DNA of 64,000 nt from Octopus bimaculoides (lineage: Eukaryota), in NCBI RefSeq assembly GCF_001194135.2, contig NC_068986.1, forward strand, positions 28,118,128 through 28,182,127, given 5' to 3'. Within the stretch, counting starts at the first letter, position 1. Each line of letters begins with the position of its first letter. Below, piece by piece: positions 1-11,305 of the stretch. A program made the position numbers and the translations under genes. Under the pieces are notes generated by a model. It was not told the DNA's origin. It made no database searches and saw nothing but the letters and a program-made list of their open reading frames with translations.

Positions 1-586
1 ATATATATGTGTGTGTGTGTGTGTGTGTGTACGTGTATATATAGAAATATATACATGTGTGTGTGTGTGTGTATATATATATAATAATATAAATAATATA
101 TAAATATATGCATATATCCATACACATATGTACATACCTACATATATATGTATATATACATGCATATATGGGTACAGGACATTAAAAACAAACGTTAAAC
201 ACAATGAGAAACGAAAACTTCGGACAACGAAAAAACCCAGGGAAACGAGACATGCAACATAAAGAGTATACCCCTTCGTCAGTTGTCTCTGTTTCATCTG
301 CTCTGCGTTTCGAAGGCAAGGACAATACGCGACTTCGTTGACACAGTCCTTCCCGCAAAGCAAATTAAATAAAATTTGGGATTTTTTGCGGAGGGTAAAA
401 GTGTTAACAAGAACAGGAGAGTGAGAAAAAGACAGCAAAAACAAACGTTGATATGTATATATATGTATATATAATTATATATATATACATATATTCCCAC
501 CTCAACTACTGATGCACATAAAACAATCAAAACACACTTATACGATATGCCAATACACAGTATTACACAATACGAGTTCTTCATGC

Positions 587-633
<47 letters not shown>

Positions 634-978
634 TTCTCACACACTCAATAACCACATCATACATACACTCACAGAAACGAACGCCGATACCTATCATTAT
701 CGTCCATCCATCATACGCAGACCATGAAGACCCATACGCGCCACTAATCCAGAAACGAGACCTACAAGCGCATGCGCACGCGTGACTACAATATACACAG
801 ATATGTCAAACACAGCAAAAACAAACATACATATAGACAGATACACGCACGCCCACGCCCACAGATGTGAAAAATACGGTAGAAATAAAAACACTCATAT
901 ATGTATGTGTGTGTGTATACATATATACATACACCGACATATATACATATATATGTATATATATATGTATTATATATA

Positions 979-1010
<32 letters not shown>

Positions 1011-1039
1011 ATACACACACATATATATATATATATATA

Positions 1040-1090
<51 letters not shown>

Positions 1091-1320
1091 ATGGATGGAT
1101 GGATGTATGTATCTATGTATGTATGTATGTATGTATACACACTTGTCACCTTTTCACACGCTTACTATAATAACTTGTTGCATTCTGGTTTCACTGTCAA
1201 ATGCAGTCCGCCTTCTCTGCATAAACCTATCCAACCACAAATCGTACGCAGAGAATCCAATTTCTTTGCGCGGTTGGAATTAGTGCGGAGTTGCACTTCA
1301 TCCCGAACATCAGTTTGGTA

Positions 1321-1405
<85 letters not shown>

Positions 1406-1725
1406 GTGTGGAGAGCACCAGTCAGACGTGTTTGTTGTCGAGTTGTTACATATCACCGAACCGAACGTAAAAATGACAGTTTGCTTGCAACCTTTATAAA
1501 CGTAATTATACTAAGTTAATTGCGGCACCTCTACGTGGTCACTCGACCTGTTAGAAACAGCAATCATATCATTCCCAAATTGCACCGCTTTACTTTCGTA
1601 AGAAAGAACAGGAAACATTGTCTTTCATCTTCTTTCACTTGTTTCAGTCATTGGACTACGACCATACTGGGGCACTGCCTTCAAGGGTTTTGTCAAACAA
1701 ATCGACATATTTCTTTCTAAGTCTG

Positions 1726-1790
1726 GTAATTATTCTATGGATCTCGCAGAACTACAAGTAATTATTCTATGGATCATCGCAGAACTACAA
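1726..1790. repeat. Short tandem duplication (~32-bp unit x2)
   Basis: gtaattattctatggatc(t/at)cgcagaactaca occurs twice in direct succession. Confidence 0.85.
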
Positions 1791-1931
1791 TGTTATAGTG
1801 CCGTAAACAAACTGACACCGGTTGTTAAACGATGTATGTGTGTATGTATGGTGAGCAAACATACACATAACACACACACATCACACACACTTACACACAC
1901 ACACAAACGCACACACACATACATACATACA

Positions 1932-1962
<31 letters not shown>

Positions 1963-2247
1963 GGAGGACTTCCATACAGTTTCCGTCTCCTAAATTCATA
2001 CACAAAGCATTGGTGAACCCGAGGACCATAACAGAAAGCGCCGCTCACATTGCGACTAAACTCGAAACCTCGTGGTTGCAAAGTAAGCTAAAAAAAAAAA
2101 CAAGCAAACAAAAACAACAAGAGGGATACAAGCGTCGTTGGTCACCAATATAAGATCTTGGAACTGAACAGAAATGAAATATATCTGTTTACAACAAATA
2201 TATTAGTATTTACAGCAGTTGTTCTCAACCATTTCTTATCTACTTCT

Positions 2248-2460
2248 TTTATTCTTTTACTTGTTTCAGTCATTTGACTGCGGCCATGCTGGAGCACCGC
2301 CTTTTTAGTCGAGCAAGTCGCCCCCAGGACTTATTCTTTGTAAGCTCAGTACTTATTTTATCGTTCTCTTTTTGTCGAACCGCTAAGTTACGGGGACGTA
2401 AACACACCAGCATCGGTTGTCAAGCGATGTTGGAGGGACAGATACAGACACACAAACACA
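2248..2460 (-). mobile_element. SINE family B, 3' half
   Basis: Matches the B copies at 46352-46892 and 49292-49980 (ttgtttcagtcatttgactgcggccatgctggagcaccgcc...cgaaccgctaagttacggggacgtaaacacacc). Confidence 0.9.
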
Positions 2461-2552
2461 CATACACACATCCATACATCCATCCATACATACATACATA
2501 CATACATATATACATGCACACAAACTTCTTGATATATAGGAATACTCATAAG

Positions 2553-2586
<34 letters not shown>

Positions 2587-3749
2587 NNNNNNNNNNNNNN
2601 NNNNNNNNNNNNNNNNNNNNNNNNNNNNNNNNNNNNNNNNNNNNNNNNNNNNNNNNNNNNNNNNNNNNNNNNNNNNNNNNNNNNNNNNNNNNNNNNNNNN
2701 NNNNNNNNNNNNNNNNNNNNNNNNNNNNNNNNNNNNNNNNNNNNNNNNNNNNNNNNNNNNNNNNNNNNNNNNNNNNNNNNNNNNNNNNNNNNNNNNNNNN
2801 NNNNNNNNNNNNNNNNNNNNNNNNNNNNNNNNNNNNNNNNNNNNNNNNNNNNNNNNNNNNNNNNNNNNNNNNNNNNNNNNNNNNNNNNNNNNNNNNNNNN
2901 NNNNNNNNNNNNNNNNNNNNNNNNNNNNNNNNNNNNNNNNNNNNNNNNNNNNNNNNNNNNNNNNNNNNNNNNNNNNNNNNNNNNNNNNNNNNNNNNNNNN
3001 NNNNNNNNNNNNNNNNNNNNNNNNNNNNNNNNNNNNNNNNNNNNNNNNNNNNNNNNNNNNNNNNNNNNNNNNNNNNNNNNNNNNNNNNNNNNNNNNNNNN
3101 NNNNNNNNNNNNNNNNNNNNNNNNNNNNNNNNNNNNNNNNNNNNNNNNNNNNNNNNNNNNNNNNNNNNNNNNNNNNNNNNNNNNNNNNNNNNNNNNNNNN
3201 NNNNNNNNNNNNNNNNNNNNNNNNNNNNNNNNNNNNNNNNNNNNNNNNNNNNNNNNNNNNNNNNNNNNNNNNNNNNNNNNNNNNNNNNNNNNNNNNNNNN
3301 NNNNNNNNNNNNNNNNNNNNNNNNNNNNNNNNNNNNNNNNNNNNNNNNNNNNNNNNNNNNNNNNNNNNNNNNNNNNNNNNNNNNNNNNNNNNNNNNNNNN
3401 NNNNNNNNNNNNNNNNNNNNNNNNNNNNNNNNNNNNNNNNNTGCACACACACACACACACACATACACACACACACGCATATGGGTAAATATTAAAACAT
3501 ACGTGTATACAAACACACACATACATACACACATGCACTTACACATACACCTACACGCTTACGCAGTCATCCTTACCTACACGTCCACACACTTCCCGAT
3601 ATACGGAAACGCATACACATATATTCATCATTCTAACCATGCACGCACACGCATGCATGGTTAGAATGCTTTCCTTAGAGATGCGCTGACTCCTACATAC
3701 ACACATACAAACATACGCTTACGTACGCATCCCTACATACATACATACA

Positions 3750-3783
<34 letters not shown>

Positions 3784-3823
3784 CATGCACACAAACTTCT
3801 TGATATATAGGAATACTCATAAG

Positions 3824-3863
<40 letters not shown>

Positions 3864-4381
3864 TATATATATGCATATATATATTACTGTACACACGCAC
3901 TTCTATGCATACACAATGAGACACATGCGCATATTCATACACTTAAACATATACATATGCAAAAAAATACACACATACATCACTGTACAGACACACACAC
4001 ACATACACACATTTATCCTTGTCCTCAGACACACATACAGATATAACCATACGCACTCATCCCTATATACAGATATATAAACACAAGTTTTCTGTTTGTC
4101 TTTCTCTCTCTCAAATACACGCGCACGAATACACACGTAGAAATATGCTTTGGTTGCAAGTCTCTCCTAATCCATAAATTCAGACTTATCTTGGCTTTTC
4201 AACGAGCGGTGGCGACTTGATACGAAATAGATTCTACTGGTGGCCTTCAATATGGCAGCTGAAATACAATCAGATGTGTCTTATCATAGAAGCATGTACA
4301 CAGGCAAATGCATAATATATACGCGCACATATATATATATATATATAATATACACATATATGTGTGTATGTGTATGTATAT

Positions 4382-4418
<37 letters not shown>

Positions 4419-4726
4419 NNNNNNNNNNTATATATATATATATATATATACATATATGTGTGTGTGTGTGTGTATACAGCTATATATTAATATAAATATA
4501 TAAATACGCATGTGCAAACAAACGTTTATACACACTATTATAAATCAAACCCTTGTGTAAAAGCAACTGTTCAAGCGCACTCACACCTGCACACCTCTGT
4601 GTGTGTGTGTGTGTACACACACATATATTTATATATATATACATAGTACATATATTCCTAAATATATACACATACATGTAAATACATTCATATATTCGTT
4701 TGTATGTGTGTGTATATATATATATA

Positions 4727-4766
<40 letters not shown>

Positions 4767-5337
4767 TGTGTGTGTATGTGTGTGCGTGTGTGTATGTGTG
4801 TGTGTGAATAAACTCACTATCTAGCGAAAATGTTTCTCAGCTTGAGAAAAAGTTACGTCTAGAAATATTCTTCTAATCAACTGCTAATTTTAAACGGTAT
4901 ATCCAATATAATATTAACAACACTAAGAATTAACCCATACTTTAAGCTGCCTTAATATAAATTCAAATCATCCAAGACAGTGTTGAGCTTCAGGTTTTTC
5001 TCTAAAATCGTAGCAAAGCCATTCTTGTTAATCGTCCTAAAATGTTCAAACAGACCAATTTTGATCTTGAAAAAGAAACAAAAATTTACAGAAAGTGATA
5101 GTAGCATCGATTCTTAAAAGTGCTAGTAGATAGTAGATAGATGAGCAACTGTCGATCTGCTGACATCATAGTATTCAAATGTTCTCCAGAGCGTTATATA
5201 CAAAACTATTATAATCTATTTAAGAAAACCAAAACAACATAAAGCCGAAGAAACTGCTTGATACCTCATTTCCAAAGATTTAATTAGACCCTGAAGAACT
5301 TATGTGAATCATTTGGAGTTTACAAATGCCCTTATTA

Positions 5338-5510
5338 GGCAGTGATATGGTAGAATTGTTAGCACGTCGGACAAAATGATAAGTGGCGTTTCTTCAGCTT
5401 TTCCCGTTCTGTGTTCAAATTCTACCAAGGTCAACTTTGCCTTTCATATCTTCGAGTTCGATAAAATAAAGTACCAATGAAGTACTGGTGTCGATATAAT
5501 CAACTCCCCC
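5338..5510 (+). mobile_element. SINE family A, degenerate copy
   Basis: Diverged match to A consensus (gttctgtgttcaaattctaccaaggtcaactttgcctttcat...ataaaataaagtacc). Confidence 0.75.
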
Positions 5511-5831
5511 CACCACCACCACCCGACACACACCTCAAAATTATCAGCCTTGAACTCTGCGACGGATCAGCGTTCCGTTCAAGGGGAATATTGCGATCTT
5601 GGTCACTGATACGCCATGGTAACTAGGTAACCGGCCTTATGAATGAGTCCTAGGGATCGAAAAATTAAAAGTCATTTACTTGTCGATTAATGGCATCATA
5701 AGTTACGTTATAAACTGAAATGGAAGTTTGATTTTGGAGTATTTGGCACTCTGATTTCCTTAAAGACAGAAGTCAAAATTGTAGTAACGATAAATGCCTT
5801 TTTTAAGCGCTAATATTAATAAAGCAGTGAA

Positions 5832-5885
5832 GGCGGCGAGCTGGCATAATCGTTCGCACGCCAGGCAAAATACTTAGCGGCATTC
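5832..5885 (+). mobile_element. SINE family A, 5' head cut by (CTC)n and gap
   Basis: ggcggcgagctggcataatcgttcgcacgccaggcaaaatacttagcggcatt. Confidence 0.85.
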
Positions 5886-7187
5886 CTCCTCCTCTCCTCC
5901 TCCTCCTCTCCTCCTCCTCCTCTCCTCCTCNNNNNNNNNNNNNNNNNNNNNNNNNNNNNNNNNNNNNNNNNNNNNNNNNNNNNNNNNNNNNNNNNNNNNN
6001 NNNNNNNNNNNNNNNNNNNNNNNNNNNNNNNNNNNNNNNNNNNNNNNNNNNNNNNNNNNNNNNNNNNNNNNNNNNNNNNNNNNNNNNNNNNNNNNNNNNN
6101 NNNNNNNNNNNNNNNNNNNNNNNNNNNNNNNNNNNNNNNNNNNNNNNNNNNNNNNNNNNNNNNNNNNNNNNNNNNNNNNNNNNNNNNNNNNNNNNNNNNN
6201 NNNNNNNNNNNNNNNNNNNNNNNNNNNNNNNNNNNNNNNNNNNNNNNNNNNNNNNNNNNNNNNNNNNNNNNNNNNNNNNNNNNNNNNNNNNNNNNNNNNN
6301 NNNNNNNNNNNNNNNNNNNNNNNNNNNNNNNNNNNNNNNNNNNNNNNNNNNNNNNNNNNNNNNNNNNNNNNNNNNNNNNNNNNNNNNNNNNNNNNNNNNN
6401 NNNNNNNNNNNNNNNNNNNNNNNNNNNNNNNNNNNNNNNNNNNNNNNNNNNNNNNNNNNNNNNNNNNNNNNNNNNNNNNNNNNNNNNNNNNNNNNNNNNN
6501 NNNNNNNNNNNNNNNNNNNNNNNNNNNNNNNNNNNNNNNNNNNNNNNNNNNNNNNNNNNNNNNNNNNNNNNNNNNNNNNNNNNNNNNNNNNNNNNNNNNN
6601 NNNNNNNNNNNNNNNNNNNNNNNNNNNNNNNNNNNNNNNNNNNNNNNNNNNNNNNNNNNNNNNNNNNNNNNNNNNNNNNNNNNNNNNNNNNNNNNNNNNN
6701 NNNNNNNNNNNNNNNNNNNNNNNNNNNNNNNNNNNNNNNNNNNNNNNNNNNNNNNNNNNNNNNNNNNNNNNNNNNNNNNNNNNNNNNNNNNNNNNNNNNN
6801 NNNNNNNNNNNNNNNNNNNNNNNNNNNNNNNNNNNNNNNNNNNNNNNNNNNNNNNAATAAAAGAATAGACGTATACCTAGCAGAGCTTTGTGACAAATGA
6901 ATTTGCTTAAGTATCTGAAAACCTCATGGCACCTCTTGTCTTTTATCGAACAAAAAAAAAAAAAGGAAAAACAAAACAAAAAAGAAAGTCAATTTATCTT
7001 CGCCTCTCGAAAAACAATATAGCCTTTTCATACCACCAAAAAAAGAAACAAAAGAATTCAGTCAGCAATGGCGGATTTGTAGAAATACATATCCAGTTTG
7101 GGCGCAGGAGAAATTGTAGAACGATATGTGTAATATTTAAACCAGAAGACGAGGCGATAATTGCTCCTCCTGAAGCTAAGAGCTTAC

Positions 7188-7232
7188 CTTCTCTTAACTA
7201 TGAGTTTCATGAGTGTGTTTTCTTTCAGGTAA
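7188..7232 (-). CDS. Candidate 45-nt internal exon (YLKENTLMKLIVKR), gene unknown
   Basis: Minus strand: ttgatttatctcttag|...aagagaag|gtaagc; symmetric phase 2/2; only one frame open; no homology recognised. Confidence 0.2.
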
Positions 7233-7502
7233 CTAAGAGATAAATCAATTTGGATTTGTACCCGAACGCATGCGTCGCACACAAGCGAAAAAGTCAGAGT
7301 AACGATGACGTGTACCATCAACTCTGAGCGTGTGTATATGTGTATGCATACCGACATACATACATACATACATGCATACATACATACATACATACGTACA
7401 TACATACATACATTTTCATTATCTAGATATCAAATATGGAGCTTTGTAGCTTTGCTGGAAACCAGAAGAATATAAATGATTAAAAACAGAAGCGACATTC
7501 TT

Positions 7503-7705
7503 TTATTCTTTTATTCTTTTTACTGGTTTCGATCAACTGACTGTGGCCATGCTGGAGCACCACCTTTTAGTAGAAGAAATCGACCCCTAGAGTTATTCTT
7601 TGTAAGCCTGGTGCTTATTCTATCAGTCTCTTCTGTCGAACCACTAAGTTGCGGGAACGTAAACACACCAACATCGGTTCTCAACTGATGATGGGGGACA
7701 AACAT
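7503..7705 (-). mobile_element. SINE family B, 3' half
   Basis: Match to other B copies (actgactgtggccatgctggagcacc...gtcgaaccactaagttgcgggaacgtaaacacacc). Confidence 0.88.
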
Positions 7706-7820
7706 GCATATATACATATATATATATATATACAGTTCTATATTCAAGAGATGAGGAATAATGTACATTATTTACATTATTTACATTTGACGGATGTTTA
7801 TCCGCATCTTGCTTGTTGTT

Positions 7821-7866
7821 AACACAACGTTTCGGCTGATATACACACCAGCCTTCATCAGGTGTC
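7821..7866 (-). ncRNA. Minimal type I hammerhead ribozyme motif
   Basis: Minus strand gacac CTGATGA a ggctggt-gtgtat-atcagcc GAAAC GTT gtgtt: stem I gacac/gtgtt, 7-bp stem II, palindromic ACGT stem III, GUU triplet. Confidence 0.8.
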
Positions 7867-7920
7867 TTGCGGAAATTTCGAACCTAGGTTCTCATTCCTA
7901 AGGTGCTATTATTATTGCTC

Positions 7921-7982
7921 AGGTCACTGCTTGGAATCAAACTCGGAATCTTGGGGTTAGTAGCCACTACGCCATATGTCCG
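7921..7982 (-). promoter_or_regulatory. tRNA-like Pol III internal promoter (A box/B box) within the PLE 3' region
   Basis: A box TGGCGTAGTGG (7974-7964), B box-like GAGTTTGATTCC (7944-7933); spacing only ~19 nt, so this copy may carry a deletion. Confidence 0.55.
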
Positions 7983-8010
7983 TGGGCAATTATGGAGTGA
8001 ATTTTAGGGC

Positions 8011-8403
8011 TTATAAATATAATATTTTCCTATCCTTCCTTAATACCGGTTCCCATATGCTACTCATATCTGCACTCGGTCTGCTCAGGAAGTTGTGTTC
8101 TAACATATTTGCTGCTGCTTTTAGTTTTTGTATTTTCCAGTGATGTTATCTGTCTATTATTTTAACTTCATCCCACAGGGGAAGGTAGTCTCCATTTTTC
8201 CATACATTATCAGCTATACCTGATTTATCAATATCTCCTCGTGTCACAACTTTGCGATGTTCGTCTACCCTTATTTTGAAGGGGCGTCATGTTTCGCCTT
8301 TGTATTACCTACCACAGCTGCATGGGATGGAGTACACGCAGTCTTTGCTCATATTCTCTTCTATTGGTGGTTTTACTCCAAGGCGATATTTGCGAAGTGT
8401 TGT
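8011..8403 (-). pseudogene. PLE GIY-YIG endonuclease C-terminal domain, three in-frame stops
   Basis: Manual translation TTLRKYRLGVKPPIEENMSKDCVYSIPCSCGR*YKGET*RPFKIRVDEHRK...KSGIADNVWKN..LPLWDEVKIIDR*HHWKIQKLKAAANM...SRPSADMSSIWEPVL; VY-IPC-C--Y-GET-R---R--EH signature. Confidence 0.88.
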
Positions 8404-8460
8404 ATTACACGAATGGTTGTTCTATAAAGCTAATGTACTTAGAATCTAATTCGGTGGTTG

Positions 8461-8559
8461 AATTTGTCAACGAGCAGCTTAGCTTAATGGTAAAGCAGTC
8501 AACCGGTGCCTTTGAGGGACATAGGTTCGAGTCCCATGGGTGGTCGTTGACAAATTTTT
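8461..8559 (+). ncRNA. tRNA-like Pol III unit enclosed by a 13-bp inverted repeat
   Basis: D arm gctt-aatggta-aagc, T loop ggttcgagtcc, flanks aatttgtcaacga (8461-8473) / tcgttgacaaatt (8544-8556), T5 at 8555-8559; anticodon arm irregular. Confidence 0.5.
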
Positions 8560-8664
8560 CCGCCTTGTAAAGTTAATTTATCCAGTATTTTTGTTGTTCT
8601 AACGGCAACTCTTGAGTTCGAAAAAATACCATCTTGTTTGTATATATAAAGTGAAAACAAGCAA

Positions 8665-8759
8665 TGATGACATTTTGTCGAATTGGAAAGCTCTAGTCGT
8701 AAATTAGCGACTGAATCTGGAAGATGTGTTTAATAGTGAATAACACAGGCACACATATG

Positions 8760-8803
<44 letters not shown>

Positions 8804-8897
8804 TACTCATACAGACACAGGGTAAAAATTGATAATTAGTAATTTTACCAAGTAGCTCGGTGTGTTAAAAAAATATATGTATGTATATATATGTTAA

Positions 8898-8929
<32 letters not shown>

Positions 8930-9029
8930 ATGTTCATATATGTGCCTGTGTTATTCACTATTAAACATATCTTCCAGATTCAGTCGCTAATTTACGACTA
9001 GTGCTTTCCAATTCGACAAAATATCATCA
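8665..9029. repeat. Long inverted repeat / fold-back element (101-bp arms)
   Basis: 8665-8765 is the reverse complement of 8929-9029 with 4 mismatches; spacer is (AT)n plus a short unique core. Confidence 0.92.
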
Positions 9030-9856
9030 GGTGGTGTAAAGGCGGTCTCGACCCAAACAACAAAATCCTTCAGATAGCAGGTCAATAGCGAAGACTTGCC
9101 ACTGTCTATCTTATCTTAGTTTCAAGCTCTGTACCTCCCGCTTTTTCTAGCGCCGGCAAGATATTCCTTCTGCTACAATGGCCCATATTACTTCAAAGTT
9201 TTTAAACTTTTATCACAGACAAACTTGCTGCTTACTCAAATCAAAACAACAGCAGCAGCAGTGACAACAATAATAACAATAACAACATCAGTCTGTTAGA
9301 GTGATATTTCTCTTTCTATCATTATGCAACCTTTCATTTCAATTTCGTGGATTGAATTTTCAAAAGTTATCGTGTATCGTCTGGTTCATGCATTTTCCAT
9401 GGTGTGAAGAGATGACTGCGTGTTAAACGAAAATATGAAAAGACACAAAGCGTTCTTTTCAACGATATTTTTTTTTCCTCTGGTTTTAGAATTTGAAAAG
9501 TTTTTCGTTCAATCTTTTAGATTGGGGCGTTGTCAATCAAGATTCACGCTTTCTGTTAAATATCCTGGCCACTATTGTTGTGTATATATTTCTTTTGTGT
9601 GTGGCAACCATTATTCCTTATTTCCTTTGAAAATGTGGATACAAACACATTTACACATGTAATGTACACATACACACATACACATACACAGATGAATAGA
9701 TATATATATATATACACATACATATATACACACACATACATACATACATACATACNNNNNNNNNNNNNNNNNNNNNNNNNNNNNNNNNNNNNNNNNNNNN
9801 NNNNNNNNNNNNNNNNNNNNNNNNNNNNNNNNNNNNNNNNNNNNNNNNNNNNNNNT

Positions 9857-10105
9857 TGCCGAACCGCTCGGTTACGAGAACGTAAACATACCAATACCGG
9901 TTGTCAAGTGGTGGTGGTGGGTGGGACAAACACAGATACAAGGACAAACACACACATACATACGACGGGTGTTTTTCAGTTTTTGCCTACCAAATCCACT
10001 CACAAGACTTTGAACGTCCCGAAGCCATAGAAAATAACATTTGCCCAAGCTGCTACGCAGTGGGACTGAATCCGGAACCATGTGGTTAGGAGACAAACTT
10101 CTTAC
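9857..10105 (-). mobile_element. SINE family B, partial copy next to gap
   Basis: gccgaaccgct...cctaccaaatccactcacaagactttg...gtgggactgaatccggaaccatgtggtt. Confidence 0.85.
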
Positions 10106-10186
10106 CACAAGGCCACATTACATTACTTACAGCAACTTACGTTCTGCGTTCAAATCCTGTTAGAGTCTACTTTGAACTCCGCCCGT

Positions 10187-10995
10187 CTATGATTGTGAAA
10201 AAACCTTCTCTAAACCCGAGCTCCTCAAACAGAAGGATATGGTGACTGTTTGGTGGGGTACTGCTGGACTCATCCACAATAACTTCTTAGAACTCGGAAA
10301 AACCATTGCTACAGAAACATATTGCCATGAAATTGCCAAAATGAACTGCAACTCCCCCATCTCAGACTGGTCAAAAGAAGAGAGCCAGTCATTCTTCATG
10401 ACAATGTTCAACCACATGTTTTACTAACGACGCTCCAGAAGTTGAGGGAATTTGGCTACAAAGTCCTTCCCCACCCAGCTCATTCTCCAGACCTTTCTCC
10501 TACCGACTTTTTCAAGCACCTTGATTGTTTCCTGCGAGAGTAGGAATTCAAAAATCAAACAGATGCTGAAAGTGTGTTCAAAGAGTTCATCAACTCCAGA
10601 ACTCCAGATTTTTATGTTACCAGAATAAACAAACTTGTAACTCGTTGGCAAAAATGTGTTAATTCTTTTCTAATCTAGGCACGATGCCCGAAATTTTGGG
10701 GGAGTTGGCCAGTTAATTAGATCGACCCGAGTACGTAACAGGTACTTAATTTATCGACCCCAAAATGATGAAAGGCAAAATCGACCTCGGCGGAATTTGA
10801 ACCCAGGACGTAACGGCTGACGAAATATTGTTAAGCATTTCGCCCGGCGTGCTAACGTTTCTGCCAGTTCGCTGCAGTTTATAATGTGTTAATTGTAATG
10901 ATACTTACTTTGATGAATAAGATTTCCACATTGTTTAAATATATTGTGATGAATTTCATGTTCCAAAACGTTGCTTATTTTTTACTTAGCCTGAT
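10187..10995 (+). mobile_element. Mariner DNA transposon, decayed transposase C-terminal half, interrupted by a SINE
   Basis: Translation KPELLKQKDMVTVWWGTAGLIHNNFL..., then shifted frame ILHDNVQPHV...LPHPAHSPDLSPTDFFKHLDCFL...FYVTRINKLVTRWQKCVN|CNDTYFDE* (stop 10918-10920); mariner-type catalytic motifs. Confidence 0.92.
10665..10875 (-). mobile_element. SINE family A (tail type 2) inserted into mariner
   Basis: A body; 12-bp target duplication aatgtgttaatt at 10653-10664 and 10883-10894. Confidence 0.9.
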
Positions 10996-11004
10996 GTATG
11001 TATG

Positions 11005-11035
<31 letters not shown>

Positions 11036-11084
11036 GTATGTATGTGTGTACGTATGTATGTGCGCGCGCGCGTGTATGTGTGTG

Positions 11085-11305
11085 TACATGTGTCTGTATT
11101 TGCGGTAGTTCCCACACGCTGCTTGACAACCGGACTGAGTTTGCATACGTACTCGTAGCTTAACGGTTCGACAAAAGAAACTGATAGAATAAGTATCAGA
11201 CATTAAAAAAAAACTAAAGTACTCGGGTCGATTCCTTCGACTAAACTCTTCAAGTCGGTGCACCAGCATGGCTGCAATTCAATAACTAAAGCAAGTAAGA
11301 TATAA
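11085..11305 (+). mobile_element. SINE family B, 3' half, degenerate
   Basis: gcttgacaaccgg...ttaacggttcgacaaaagaaactgatagaataagta...ccagcatggctgcaattcaataactaaagcaagtaaga. Confidence 0.8.

Larger units (their letters stand above)
7745..8460 (-). mobile_element. Penelope-like element 3' fragment (GIY-YIG remnant + tRNA-like segment + hammerhead-bearing terminal region)
   Basis: Decayed GIY-YIG frame at 8403-8011, A/B boxes at 7974-7933, hammerhead core at 7866-7821, 16-bp palindrome aataatgtacattatt at 7757-7772. Confidence 0.85.

Noticed and set aside
250-330. CTGACGA and GAAAC motifs on the minus strand near 276-312
   Set aside because: Order is permuted, there is no GUH triplet and no pairable stems I and III; it belongs to an unclassified repeat and cannot be supported as a ribozyme.
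2500-3860. About 80-bp duplicate (caaacttcttgatatataggaatactcataag) on both sides of the 2587-3441 gap
   Set aside because: Typical of mis-scaffolded overlap or local tandem duplication of a SINE B flank; cannot be resolved without long reads.
8661-8700. Hammerhead-like TGATGA...GAAAGCTC at the outer ends of the long inverted-repeat arms
   Set aside because: Left arm lacks C3, right arm has GAAAGCAC (no U), stem II is weak and no stem I forms.
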